Of a stretch of 64,000 bases of DNA, positions 26,301-40,700 are shown piece after piece (position 1 is the first letter of the stretch; each line of letters begins with the position of its first letter). The notes under the pieces are model-generated. The model saw only the letters and a list, made by a program, of their open reading frames with translations. It made no database searches and had not been told where the DNA came from. The translations under genes and the position numbers were made by a program. This DNA comes from Trichoplax adhaerens (Eukaryota; Animalia; Placozoa), in contig NW_002060948.1 in the NCBI RefSeq assembly GCF_000150275.1, positions 434,001 to 498,000 of the forward strand, given 5' to 3'.

Positions 26301-27313
26301 AACATAGGTAACAAATCAAACTAGATTAAGATAACATTAAACATAATAAGTACATACATGATTAGTATCTCCATAGTTATAAATAGTAAGTAGATTTTCG
26401 GTTAAGTCAATTCATCGATGTTTTCAAAATTCTAGTACCACGACAACAATCTGGTGTTAGATCGAGAAATTCTTCAGGTAAATTTATTTCGGTATTCGTC
26501 AAGTAGCATTGCCGATCTTCACTTACTCTAGACGATAATTTTATCCTTTGCTTAGTGGCTAGTAGTAGTAGCCGAGCATCTCGAGGATCCGTAGGAACGA
26601 ATTCTGATCATTCTTTTCGTGGCTTGCGTAATAAATCAGTTGAAAGGTATACTAAGTATATAATTATAGACCTAATTATTATAAACTTGCTGCTAATGGT
26701 ACTATATAATATAGATGCAGTAATTAATTTATCGTCATCAAAATCAAAAATATTAATCTAGTAATGTATATAAATCTTTTATAATATCTAAACTAAGACA
26801 TAAAAACCGATCAAGCACACCCCAAAGAAGCAAAGCTGACTATTCAAGGAAAGTAAATAAGAAAAATAAAGATTCCATGTCTAGAAGAGGTTAGATTGCG
26901 ATTTTAAATACAATATAATATAGGATGCTAATCTATCATTTTACATTTTACTAATTACTTGTTACTACAATCAAATTTTATACTCTTTATCGTCAAGATA
27001 TTCTTATGATATAGCCAAGAATACAGTATTAAAATTTTTAGCTTACTCTTTAAAATGTAATTAATTCTTAGAGAATTTTTCGTTATATTATACTATCAAA
27101 TGATGTTATGCCGCACCATTTTTTACAACTTATTCTTTACTTGATGAAAATTATACATATTTCGTAGTGACGCTCAAATTACGATTTCAATTATTGTCTC
27201 TAGTTACGGAAAGCAACAACATCGAAAAGTCTGCCAATATGTCAGATATAGATGCACGATTAGCTGCTCTTCAGAGCTTTTTATACACGCGCCAGTCGAA
27301 TTCATCAAGATGA
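23398..27313 (+). CDS. CCDC61: Centrosomal coiled-coil protein CCDC61 (VFL3, SAS-6 paralog), multi-exon
   Basis: MRAPNYVVVNYVFRDTEH...DQWHGEFD, VEELTRKTGNFKQFPIFVNML, SSDSVSLDLLTYTDLELLRNRK, KRYIILTYTVEFDRIHYPLPLRYQGKPDP, coiled coil, SPSPSGARYPRFDPTAYVK, C-terminal MSDIDARLAALQSFL; stop TGA at 27311-27313. Confidence 0.96.
25884..26051 (+). other. Putative U12-type (minor spliceosome) GT-AG intron in CCDC61
   Basis: Donor GTATCCCTTT; branch site TACCTTAAC at 26032-26040, followed by 11 nt ending in AG with no polypyrimidine tract; splicing restores RFDPTA|YVK. Confidence 0.72.
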
Positions 27314-27997
27314 AAGGCGTTACAATTCAAACTTGGCTGAAACTTTGAAGCTTTGCAATTAATGCAAGATAACCTAAGTCACAATTATGCAAAATAAACT
27401 ATTATAGAATCTATATTATTCTTTCTTTTAAAGATTGTATAGTTAGCAAATCAATTAGTGTGATTACGACTTTTGATAGAATACTAAGAAAGCTGTATTT
27501 AAACATGCTATAGCCATGAGCTAATGTTTTCTAATTTATTACGCTTTCTTATTCTTTTTTAAGATCGTTATACTACAGGTATATCCGTGCTTCTTTGTAA
27601 TCTGTATTATTGCATTTTTAGAATGAAGTGCTGACTAACACTACGTGTGTATGCAAGTTAAGAGCACAAATATCTTGTAGCAACTTATTATACTATAAGA
27701 TTCTTAATATACTAAAGAATCTTTACTTCGATACTACTTATAAGTTTTTACTGTGCCTTGCAATGGATTCTTTACTGCGAAATATAATAGATTTTTTAAA
27801 TACAAGTATTTTCTTACAAGATCTGTATAGGTAATTAACAATTACAGGCTAAGTTAGTTCGCCTTATTTATCGAGTGAAATTGTTTGGATTCTCAAATTT
27901 GTGAAAGATTTCACAAGAATCTAGCGAATCGTTGAATAAAATCGTACTTTTGTCAGAAAACTGTTTTGGAATGTCATATGAAAGATGGACGTCGAAT

Positions 27998-28925
27998 TAG
28001 AACGAGAATACAGACTAATGAAAGGCGGACATTAATAATTATAAGGATAGGCCGTATTTAAAAAATAATAGAACTCTCACAATTAGAATTTTTCAATATA
28101 CGGTAATTAGGCTATAAAAACTTTTTATTAATTAAAAAGCATGCTTTTGAAATTCCAGCACTTTTATCAACTAGGAAACACACAACTGTATCAGCAATTC
28201 AGCGTGCATCAGCTCGATATATCATTCGTAAACAAGCAGAGTCGAATAAAATATTCTTTCTGAAATCATAATATCAAAATTATTTTCTCTACCGCTGTAC
28301 TGGATTATAAGCAGAAATAGTTTTTATTTCGTTGTCTGCTATCCACGAATCTCATCAGAGTTTCAAGCATATTCGATAGGTTGCCAACAGGCAAAATCAA
28401 ATTTTGATAGCAACTGTCTATATACTTATAATAATAAAATATTACATATGGAAATATAACGAGGGAAACAAAATCAATATACCGTGTTAGAGAGATAATG
28501 TTACATTCTTATATCTATTGCAAATATTTTAACATGTTATACTATATTGTAGCGAGAAATAATCGCGATTCTACAGTATAAACTGAAATAAATCTTGAAA
28601 ATACGTAACAGTGGATAGTCATAGTAGCCGCTCGATGTATACAACGCAATCTAGCTAGCTGAAAAATGAGGACAGTTATAAATGTCAAGGTAATGACCAA
28701 ATATACGATTTAAGAAGACATTGTGAGTATGTAAAGATTTACAAGTAAATTTTTAATTGTAATAATAAAGATCTTGAAAACATCTGAGAGTTTCAAATTC
28801 TTAAATCTTATACTTGAAAATAAGATGTTATATATGAGAACGATGTGATCAAAATTGTTTCTGCTAAGCGAATTAAACTACCGCTTGCAAGGAAGATTTA
28901 AAATGGATTTTAACTCTACCGTAAT
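27998..28925 (+). repeat. Diverged direct duplication, copy 1 (about 0.9 kb)
   Basis: Collinear anchors shared with 30838-31740: TAGAACGAGAATA, AGAGTCGAATAAA, TTTTTATTTCGTT, CTTATATCTATTGCA, GCTAGCTGA, AAGGTAATG, TCTTAAATCTTA, TGTGATC. Confidence 0.85.
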
Positions 28926-30837
28926 GCTGCGAAGTAAAGCAAAGCGATACCGTAGTGTTGCACCTGTCTCTTATAAAACCTACAGATTCCACACACATAC
29001 GCAGTTCAGTAATACATTGTGCGTAAATGATGCAATGCGATACTGCAAATGCATTTATTTTATTTAATGTATAGTGTTGTGTACTTAGATTCTGTTCGTG
29101 AAACATCAACCTGCTGTTTTAAAGCTCTATCATACTAGTCATTAATAGAAATCTATAACGTTACGAGATGTACAGTGGTTATTTTTGGTTTACGGCTCTA
29201 GTTAATTCAGTAGATAATTTTATAGCTCTTATTCAAATAATCAACGGTAACTACAAAGCTAGGCGTCGTCATATATTTGATTACCTGCTCAAGATAAACA
29301 ATTTTGATTATTTTATCATAGACAAATACGCATACATAATCATATAGAAAAATTTTAAGTGACATTCAACTCCATCTGATGTATGCTAAAATTACTTCAA
29401 TTGCTGAGAAGCCAGGTCTTAGCTCCATCAGCTGCGCCTACCTGGGCGAATTCCTTCTCTTATTTAATAGTATCAATGCATAAACGTCATATTTAGATAT
29501 CAATAAACTAAATGTTCAAGATTCAAATCAACGTACTAGATAATTCAACTTCATACGCCTTAAATCACTCTTGTACGATTCTATTTTACTAGATGACTGA
29601 TAAAGCAGTATGAATTCAACGTCGCTGTAGAAGATATAACTGAAAAATATAGCACGAATGTTACAGGCCATATCGCTATTGATATTCTCTTGCTATTACA
29701 GTCATAAGGAACTTAAGCCGTTACAAAAATCAAACCAAATTTATCGTGCATCAGTACAGGAATGTGAACCCACCGTACCTGTTGCAGTTACCTTTTCAAC
29801 CAATGATTGAGTACCATTCAAATTTAAAATTGCAAATTTGTATTCATAGCACACCAATTTTTCTTGCGTATCCAAGGCTTTTGGAGATGTTATATTCTAC
29901 AATTTATGTACGTATATAACATCAATTACAGTTAACATCGTCTACTATCCTCTATTTTACAAATAATACGGCGACCATAAAGTAAGCGTATATACCGTAT
30001 ACTATGCACAAATGTTCATATACCATAATTGACTGCAGTCATGCGAATGCCTATTTTTTTGTAGGTTTAATGCTGAACACCGCTTGTAAATTTAGTAGTA
30101 ATATAACAGCAATCTAGATTTCAGTTAAAATGGAAAGATTGATGTATATCTAATAACTATAATCACGACCATAAATTATACATGGCGGGAAAAGTATAAT
30201 CAAACTGTAATGAATGACTAATTTAGCGCAATTGCTTACTCTTTCATGCAATCGCATTAATAAACAGGTATAACTTGCAAGCACATATAAATAATGCAAT
30301 TGTAGTCCTGTGCTAATAATGGTTTGCGTTTCTATCAAGTGCATCAAAACGATCACTATTTCGCAACTCTTTATACTTAGAACATGACCGTTGTTATTAA
30401 CCAATGCAATACTGTATATAGAAAGCAATTTTTGTAAATATTAATAAAATAAAAGGATAGCGTACGATAACACTAGTTGCAACAGGTCTCTCTAATTGGT
30501 AGTGCATTCATAATCTACAGTAGCAAAAACTTTTACAGCATTAGCCGAGACTAGATTAATTTCATTTGTACTTTACAATAGAATGAGAAAATAAGAAGAA
30601 ACGTATTTACGCTATAGCATCATCGTATTTATGCTAATAATTCATATATTATGGTATATGAAATAATGCACGTCAAACTGGAATGAGAAATGCAGACTGA
30701 AAGGAAGGCGCGTATAAATAGTGGTATATCCGATTTGAAGGAATATATTTATCAATAATACAGCCTCTTTGCATTATTGTACTTATGCTAACCATTTATG
30801 TCTACAGTACATAGTACACGAAAAATGCACGCCAAAG

Positions 30838-31740
30838 TAGAACGAGAATATAAACTAAAAGAAAGGCAAATATTAATAATGACTGGCCACATTTTATAAA
30901 CTCTTCTGTATTAAAAGTTTTTAAACTATCTTTACTCTACGAAAACTCTTTAGTTATTAAAAATGTCTGTTATTAAAATTTTCATCACTTTCATGGAGCA
31001 TAGAACGCATAACTGCATTAGCATGTATCTATTTGATATACGCGTATTACTGGTAAAGAAATAGAGTCGAATAAATTACTTTCACTGGGATCTTATAATA
31101 CTAGAATTGTTTTTCTCTATTACTTATTGGATTTTAAGAGCAATAATTTTTATTTCGTTATTAAATATTCATCGTAGTAGTGAATCTTATTAGAACTTTA
31201 AAACATTCGATAGATCACTACGTATAACAGGCGATATCAAATACTATCTATGCGCTCGTAAGGATAAAGTACGTATTATGCACTAAAAAATAAAATGAGG
31301 AAAAACAAAATCAATCTATTAGATGATGCTGCACTTATATCTATTGCAGATACTCTAACATGCATGTATTGTAGCAAGACATAATTGCGATTCTACTGAA
31401 GGAATCGAACCAAATTATAGGTATGTGAAGCTGTGTGTATATACGCGTATACTATAGCCTGGCTAGCTGACAAATGAGAGAAGTTACGAGAACTAAGGTA
31501 ATGGCCAAAATACATAATTTAAGAAAAGTGATATGAGAATATATAAATTACAAATGAATTTTTAAATCATAATTGTAAAGATCCTGAAAATATGCGAGAT
31601 TTATATACGTAAGTCTTAAATCTTACATATAAAAATAAATAAATAAAATGTTGTATATAAGACCAGTGTGATCCCCCAAAATTACTAGGTGAACTAATCT
31701 ACGCCAGTGAAATGCAAGATGGATTAAGCTGTACAGTAAT
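30838..31740 (+). repeat. Diverged direct duplication, copy 2 (about 0.9 kb)
   Basis: Same anchors as 27998-28925, offset about 2.82-2.84 kb. Confidence 0.85.
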
Positions 31741-33225
31741 TACTTTGTCAGTTAATTTCCAATCCGGTTGTGACTAGATACATCATAAAATGGTTGATCT
31801 ATTTAAAATAGCTAGCATCAAACATCAGCTTATGAAGATAATTATGGCTACGTAAGAAAATCTTACCCTGAAATGCATCATTTTTCATCCCTTTTTGCAT
31901 CTTATCCGCTGCTATCATCCTATGAGTTTCGACCGATTCAATCTTTACCCATACAGCCTACACATTTACTGTGGAGTACAGTATACGGGAATGTTCTAAA
32001 CTGAGAATGAAAGAGAAGGGCGAGAAGTTTTGGTGAAAGCTAGCGATTCTCGATCAAGTAGGCCGCAACCCAAAATGCAATAAGAAAAAAATTCATGATA
32101 TTCGACACTTTATCTCACTTTTGTTATTCTCCCTAATGTAGTACTATCTTTTGCGTACTACTATCTATTGCTAGCTATCTACGTGGGCAAATATCGTACT
32201 GCATCCTTCTCGATTATGTCGTCGGTAGCAATGCTTTGTGGTGCTATTTTAAATAAATTCAATTTTACCGTCAAATGCTATTACGCGTACAAATTTTGCC
32301 TTTGAGACACTTTACTTTTTTGCGCTCTCCCTTCAATCTGTTATGTGCCGTACTAGAGGAATGCAGTTTTAATTTATTGTTTAAAGGATATATAGAAACA
32401 TAGTTGGCTATATCGTCTCAACGAATGATGTAAGAGAACATCTTTGAAAGCGAAAAATTAGATAACTGTAAATATCATTTTATCATGGTTTATGGTTTAG
32501 TTACGTTTTTGGTATTTTGCTTCTTTAGGCATCCACACGTAGAAATTATCCATGTTCAAAATAGCCATGGACAGATTGTATTTCTTTAAATTTTAGCATG
32601 GATATGAAAAAGATAGCGTAGCGTACAATGGTATAGTATACAGCAACACGTATACAATGTATATATAATATATACTACACATGTTTTGTATATATATATA
32701 TATACGTTGTATGCACTTAATCCCTTAATAGATCTGTACCTTGGCGTCGCGTCGTCAGCCAAATTATGCGAAAAGTGGAATAATCCCTTCCAAATATACG
32801 GTAACAAATGATCTACCCTACCAATTGAATCCTAATCTCCCTTTCATGTTGCTACTATGTCCTGTAGAGATAAAGTGTATTGGTGATTATGCGGCGCTTA
32901 CAGTTAGAATGATTTGCCAATTTTTTGGATCAATCTTGATCTTGGCAAAATGGTGAAGAGAACACTAGCGTTGATTGATTGTCCGATATAATAGCAGACA
33001 ACGATGGTCTGTACTTCAGCAGCCGTAGCAGAGTGCGGATCACCTTAGTGCTGTATTATGCCAGGATCATTTTTGATCTGCATCGAGTATTGTATATACA
33101 GTAGAGTAAAAGCATTTCTCATTGCAGCGACATCTTCTAGCAAGAAGCGCATCCATCCTTGGCTTTTGCTAGCATGTGAATTTGGACATCAACACGATCA
33201 GGCTTGTCATTTGGGCTGTTCAATG

Positions 33226-33558
33226 GTTCAAGGCAGGGCGGAGCCAATGGAATCAGTTCACTGGTGAATCAACAAGTACAAATGCACCGCTGCAACAGTA
33301 AATCAAGATTCTCATCGACTTGAAAATAGCGAAATAAGGAGATGCTGTAAAATGGCAAGGCCACGCTATTTCAGCCTTATTTTGCTACTTGTTCAGGGCG
33401 GGCGGAGCCAATGGAATCAGTTCACTGGTGAATCAACAGGTACAAATGCACCGCTGACAACAGTAAATCAAGATTCTCATCGACTTGAAAATAGCGAAAT
33501 AAGGAGATGCTGTAAATGGCAAGGCCACGCCATTTCAGCCTTATTTTGCTACTTGTTC
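33226..33558 (+). repeat. Tandem duplication of a ~165 bp unit with GC box and CCAAT
   Basis: Two near-identical units (33226-33390, 33391-33558), each starting with GGGCGGAGCCAATGGAATCAG. Confidence 0.95.
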
Positions 33559-33822
33559 CATTTTTAGTCTCCTGTCTAAATCCACTCAACCTTGGGATTT
33601 CTGGCGTACAGTACAGTACGGTATTGTATTGCACCCACTTGGTACACAGTCAATACACACAGCGCTGTAGTGTACAGTATAATTGATAGTTTTACTTCTT
33701 CTTGGACTGTGCTCTACGTTAGTATCGTACTTGTATAGTGGTACTGTACCGTTGGATTTTTTTTCACCTTTATTGTACCGTATTTGTACGTACTGGGTCG
33801 TGAGTAAGATCAAATAGATGAG

Positions 33823-34728
33823 ATGATAGTAGGCGTATAAAGTTCAAACTCTTGCCAATACTGAACACTTGCAATCGCTTGTCACCGCGCTACCGCCTCG
33901 GCTTAGCCCTGGATACAACAATAAAGCAAATCAAGATTAATTGCTTTAACAGGTACAGTATATTCAAGCCTTGAGGGCATAAGAAAGATGAAAATAGGAA
34001 TTCATGGATTGATCAACGATGAGCTGGATTGTATCGATAGAAATGATAGGACGCGTATAAAGTTCAAACTCTTGCCAATACTGAACACTTGCAATCGCTT
34101 GTCACCGCGCTACCGCCTCGGCTTAGCCCTGGATACAACAAAGCAAATCAAGATTAATTGCTTTAACAGGTACAGTATATTCAAGCCTTGAGGGCATAAG
34201 AAAGATGAAAATAGGAATTCATGGATTGATCAACCATGAGCTGGATTGTATCGATAGAAATGATAGGACGCGTATAAAGTTCAAGCTCTTGTCAATACTG
34301 AACACTTGCAATCAGCTGTCACCGCGCTACCGCCTCGCCTCGGCTTAGCCCTGGCTGGATACAACAAAGCAAATCTACATTACTGCATTAGCATGTACTG
34401 TATATTCAAACCTTGAGGGCATAAGAAAGATGAAAATAGGAACTCATGGATTGATCAAGATGAACGATGGGCTGGATTGTATCGATAGAAATGATAGGAC
34501 GCGTATAAAGTTCAAGCTCTTGTCAATACTGGACATTTGCAATCAGCTGTCACCGCGCTACCGCCTCGTCTTAGCCCTGGCTGGATACAACAACAAAGCA
34601 AATCTACATTACTGCATTAGCATGTACTGAATATTCAAGCCTCGAGGGCATAAGAAAGATGAAAATAGGAATTCATAGATTGATCAAGATAAAAGATGGG
34701 CTGGATTGTATCGGTAGAAATGATAGGA
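33823..34728 (+). repeat. Tandem array of four ~217-231 bp units
   Basis: CGTATAAAGTTCAA recurs at 33834, 34054, 34271 and 34502; copies 1-2 and copies 3-4 share diagnostic variants. Confidence 0.96.
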
Positions 34729-37700
34729 TACCTTAATCAAAACAACAACAACAAGGAAACTAACGAATACAGAATGAAGTAAAAGAAGCGATTGCGAACA
34801 GTCGATGGCGATCGCAAACGACGTGACGCAATGGGTGCAGCGTATTAGAGTGCTAACGAGCCGAGGGCTCTTGCATCTCGATAGCATCTGCCATAGCCAA
34901 CAGGTGAAAATAAAAGTTTCCGCTACCTCAACGCGATAGTAAGTTACTCGGCGACGTAAAAGTGTGATAGCTGAGAACTCTTGAAAATGGAACAATGTAC
35001 TAGTTGTCTCTGATTCATTTTAGACGTACATACGAATACTGCATCCATCACGCAGGAAAGAAATGGATATCAATAATGAGACGTTGCTCTTTAAATTGCA
35101 TAACGCACTGTATTTCTGGATGCTACGCATTCAGTTTTAGGTTCCTCCTACATCACTGGATAGTATTATAGTTTACCGTCTAATTGAGCATGGTTGGCTC
35201 AAAAGTTATCTGACCTCGGCTATATCTCAACTGTAAGACAACTCATGCAAGATGCGATCACGCGAATAAAACGTGAATATACCTGTTGGAATGGCCTGAG
35301 TACACGGCATACACATGAACAGTGCTGGTAGATTGATGAACTGTATCTTAATCAAGATAGGCCTTTCTCCAATCAAAAGACTCCATCTCTTGCTGCACTT
35401 TATAAATAGCATGGTTGTAGATTCTCTAAGTGGATACTGTCATTTCCGGTGGTGAATAAAAACCTACATTTTAGTGACATTCTTACTTTGAATGTCGTTT
35501 CCCATTGGAATCTACTTTTCATCAGAGAACGTGTAAGTTTAGCCAAAATTATAGAAAATAAACTAACCAATAACGCTGTTAATATGCGTAGAGTTATATT
35601 TTGTTTCTTGAACTTGATCGAATAGACACTATAACTCGAATTCCTTTTTGCTATAAACTATTTTACACTTTTTGCAATCGAAAAGTGTTGACGTACTCAT
35701 TACATAGATAGGTCAATCTATTTTCAAAGCTGTAATAATTGCAATACTTCCAATGAAGCAAAAATTTATTGGCTGTATATTGATAACACTCCAACATTGG
35801 TTAGCGGTACTCGGTTTAGTACTTCTCTAAATTACGTCGTCTGCAGGCGAGCGCTACACATAGCTATAACAAATAAAATGGGTTAAATGAGTAAGTGGGT
35901 AAATCGGCAGTGATGACATGGGCTATCGGTTTAAATACACTATGATTAGGGTCGAAATGCTATCCAAAACAAGATTAAAATAAATATAAAGGAGAATTTA
36001 CCAACCTGTTACATTCCGCAAAAAATATATTCAGTCCAAACAGCGCACGCCAGTGCTGTATCATATACGAATTGTAGGATTGTAAGAAAATGGCGTACTC
36101 CAAAGATCGGTGTCACATCTATGTTATTCACCCTAAATTTGTTCTTCTGCAAACTCCTGGTCTTCACTTGAATCAACTATCTCATCTTATCGCTGCAAAG
36201 TGAGTCATATTTTATAGATCCGCGGACAGTAACGAATTCTCGTGTAAACTCTGAACGTAATTCAGAATTTAAGGGTATAGTACATACATAGAAGCTTACC
36301 CATAGAGGTAATAGAAAATTTTTTATTACCCCTATGCGCTTACCCTAGGCGGAACTGTTAGCCCTGAAACGGCACGCACATTCGAAAGATAAACATCCAA
36401 AGCTAATAGCACTTCTGAAAGTACAACACATTGCATGGTTAAATTTCGGGAAAACTAATGCAATAGGCACATGAAATTTTAATGTTTAAACATCACTAAT
36501 TCCATCTTAAATTATCAAGCATTATTTGAAATTCTATGATTAACTATATGCGTGCCATCTGCATTTTATGCATCTAAGATCTACTAATGCATACGAAAGA
36601 TGTGAACGGCATATCATAAACCATACAATACAGGACATTGAACCTATACCCAAAATGCTCGAATAAACAAAACATTAATGTGGTGAGAAATGGTAATCCA
36701 TCCTAGTTGCTCTACTCAACTATTCTATCTCTTGGCAAAGGTCATATCTGTAGACGCGGTTACTTGAAAGTCTACCGAAATTTTAACTAGATCTGGAGAA
36801 ACGTGCTTTGTTATTTTTTCTAGCAATCAGATTCATATAACCCAATAGGATCGAATACTTGTATGCAGTTAATAGTTCAGCTCCTGCTTGTTACGCGTAC
36901 TGCAAGTGTTCTGCAAGATCGTTGAAAAACAACGTAAATTTCGTGTCAGTCCGTACGTTTCGAGCTGTTTTTCCCGTATGCTTGTACGTACAGTAAATTG
37001 AAGGCCCGCCCTACAATTTGTTTACAGCTGGCAAAATTTGCAGTTTGTTGCTATTTTTAATCCTTTCATGTCTTTATCTTTGTAAATGCTGCTTGCGTCG
37101 ACAAATAGTATAAATTCTTAAATGATTATGTAATTGATATAATCAGCACTTCTTCTCGTCTTATTTTACTTCTAACACTCGCCGCATTTCATTTCATTCT
37201 TCTCGTTGTCCACAATTATTAATTAAGTGCATCAATATCGATATCACAAGAGATTCTCTCCGCAATATTTGTATATCACTACGCTACAACGTAACGTAGT
37301 GCCAGTCTGGGATTTCTAAATACTCATCCAGTGTATTAGAATAGAAGAAAGTCCCTGATGGGATTTTAATTCCATCACGGCTGTAAATTATTATAACGTC
37401 ACTGTGTGCTCTACTTACATCGCACAAGCAATAGCTAAATATTCCGTCGGTTAATATCGAGATAACTTCTTTCTAATCACAAAGACGTTAAACGGGACCG
37501 TTAGTTAAAATTTTTCGCAAGCTTATGAATGTCAACAAGCCTATTCTATTAAGTCAGTCAAAATTAACAGATAAAAGCTTCTGTTGGGTAGAAATAAGTT
37601 TTTAAGTACAGTGTTTTAATGGAGATAAGCATTAAAGCAGTCAAAACTCGTAATATTCATTAAACACACGCAGAACACCCAAAAATTTAGATCGTATTTC

Positions 37701-40700
37701 AAAGTAACACTTTATAAATTTGGTGCAGCAATCTATTCCATAATACAAACGCTAAAGATATACTTTCGAGGATTTCCAGTGTACAACTGATCTGCAATGG
37801 CTTACTGATAATGCATTGATTTGATAAAACGTGTACACTCTAGTTTTAAAAAAGTATGAAGGTAATAATAAGAGGTAACTCCAGGATCTTCGATAATTGT
37901 GGTGTTATCTAACTGTCTATTATTATTTATAATGGTTATAATATTTTAAGAGATTGCAAAGAAATACTATTAACCATTTGAAGTACTGTAGATATGCAGC
38001 TACCTACTCCTCATTCACGTTGAAAATAGCTCACTACGCTACATTAATTGTCAGAAGATTCGTATGTTCGACAAATATCTGCTATTACTTAGTAATATCA
38101 CGAACACATAGCTGACAGCAAAGAGGTAAAAGTACTGTATAGCTGTACATGGTAAATGATTTTTATAAAAATCATTAGTCTATGAGATCGTAAGAAGTGT
38201 TCTGATGACAACAAAATATAGGAGTACAGTGCATTCAGCAACGCCAATATAACTATTCTTATGTTGCAAGTTTGAAACGTTTGCTAATGGTTTACCTGAC
38301 ATTATCATATTGTACGATTGTATCAGGGACTTCTCTCTCTCAGAAGTCTCTGATTATATGTACAGTCTATCACTTACAATCAGCGTTTTATGGAGTAGCA
38401 TTAGGGATCTTTTCATAAGAAATGAGATACAATGTGTGTGTGTATGTCGATATTTGTTTCATTTCACTATCCATATAGATCAAAATAAATTTACGTAACA
38501 TCATTTGCCAAGCACCGAAATTTTTACTCAATGCATTAATTACGACTGACTGCAAATACGGTTAGTACCGATGTGACGATGTCATTCTTACTTCATTGAA
38601 GAACCTGTAAGTGGTACAAATTGAAATCCTGTAACAATAGTCATAACCGTTTTAATCTTGTACTTGGGCAGCCTTTGTAAGAATGATATTTCCATTGCTG
38701 TCTTAAAGACCATAATTTGTCAATAACTGAAACTTTATCTCAGCGAAAAAGCCTTGGTGAGCTTCAAATTAGAATATATCAACTTGTGAGCATATACTTT
38801 GACCCAGTACGTTCACATATTAGTGCACTGGATAAATTTATTTCACTATAATTTGTCAGTTTTAAGTGACCGTATATTTATATGTACATATTGATGATGG
38901 TATTACATGCTATTGTATTGAATAGATCATGATCAAGCAATTAAAACTAACCTACATATCGCTCTGTTATATTTTCGTAATTCAAAATCTTCATTAATAC
39001 TAGCACATGTGTTGACGGTTTTCTAGCTGAAGACGGAGGTCTTTATGCTCTGCATCCCTACGCTTTGTAAAGCTAGTAGTTCCAGATATCGCATTTGGGA
39101 CACCAACCAACAACTGTAATTCATCGTGTAAATGCAATGATAGATCAAAAATAATTAAAATATTACCTTATGAGTTATTTATAATCCTATATCATTCACG
39201 ATTACATTATGGATGAATAGACTGACCATGTTCAAGTTGACTACAGACATTACAAACAATACAACATAAATGGTATGGCAGATCAGAAAAAAATCGCAAG
39301 TACTTACTTTTTATTCTGTCACCCCATAATAATTGGTAAACTACTGTAAATGTCTGTTTTGCACCTGCATGTATTAAAAGCGCTATACACTGTATTACTC
39401 TTATACTAAATTAAAAATAATTCTACATACCACGTACACTAGCGTCTACTCTTACACACATAAGAATTACAGAATTGTGGATTTTCTTACGATTTTATCA
39501 TGTTAAAACGAAATAGAATCGTATGTATGTGATTACTACTTAGCTAGTACCGTAATAGCGCACACCGCATAATGTTTATATATTGTATGTTAGCTTAATA
39601 AGATCAGGATAATGTCAGTGGTAACATACAGTATGTGATTAATATAGTAAGGGATGGTACTTTTATGCATAGTAAATGAAAGACGATTCCAGTAGATCTA
39701 CTGTCACCATCCATCCTGCGGGGGTGCTTTAACTTTAACCTCAGTGGAACATGTTAGGACACATAAAAGTTATTTATGGCACAACTCATCCTTTGAGTGC
39801 TGAATAATCTATTGCATTATTACGATAATTAATCAACTGTAAATTATGTCCTTTATATAAACTATAAAAAAAGGCGTCATCTATACAAGGAATCCATTTT
39901 CTTATGGATTGTACTTAGAAAAGCGCATGAGAAATTTTCATCTTACATAAACATTATGCCGTCAATAATTACGGATGCAGTGTAATCATAAATTTTCTAT
40001 ACTGTGGTTTAAATCATAGATAGTATAAACTCGTTTTGTTGATATAGTACGTGAAATAGAAGAAAAGTAATTTTTGTTATTAGCATTGAAGTAACTGAAC
40101 AATTTACATTTATACAGTACAACAGCAATCGTTATAGTACAGTATGCATGTACATTGTACAGTTAGTACGCATACGCTACGTGGTAATTAAGTTGTTAAA
40201 AGTCATTCACGTAGAACATGTATTAGAACTTGAATTTTTCTTTCGTTTGCTAAATTTTGTTTCCGTAAAACCTGATTTTATCACTCAAAAACTGTCATTA
40301 AACGCTTTCAATTTCTATAACCTAGATACTGTCTGTACTAATAACGCGTTATCATAATGGTGGCATACTGTAAGACGTCCAGTACATGCCTGAGCAAGTC
40401 TCATGATTCAACAGATGCTTATATTGTGCGTTGTTGAGTGCTATCTTTATGACTGACCTAGATTTGTAATCTAGAATATATTGGCCGTAGTTGATTATGA
40501 TCACGAAGAGCATAAAATACAGCAATGCTGTCCGAGCTTCGGCTTACAGCAATGACTATACATTGATAGGTACTTCTACAGTTCTACTGAATTAACAATT
40601 AAAAGAGTCTAAAGTTTCTTCGTACTATCTACTGCAAGTAGGAGTTAAAATTAATAATATGAAGCAAATTACAAAGTACTGTACATACCACATTATAATG

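Noticed and set aside
33823-34728. Array as CRISPR, 5S rRNA or 7SL
   Set aside because: Whole units repeat with no unique spacers; the minus-strand GCCGAGGCGGTAGCGCG only loosely resembles the 7SL 5' end and the similarity does not continue.
35140-35535. Coding-like stretch including an SGGE word
   Set aside because: Stops in all frames and no surrounding ABC or other domain motifs.
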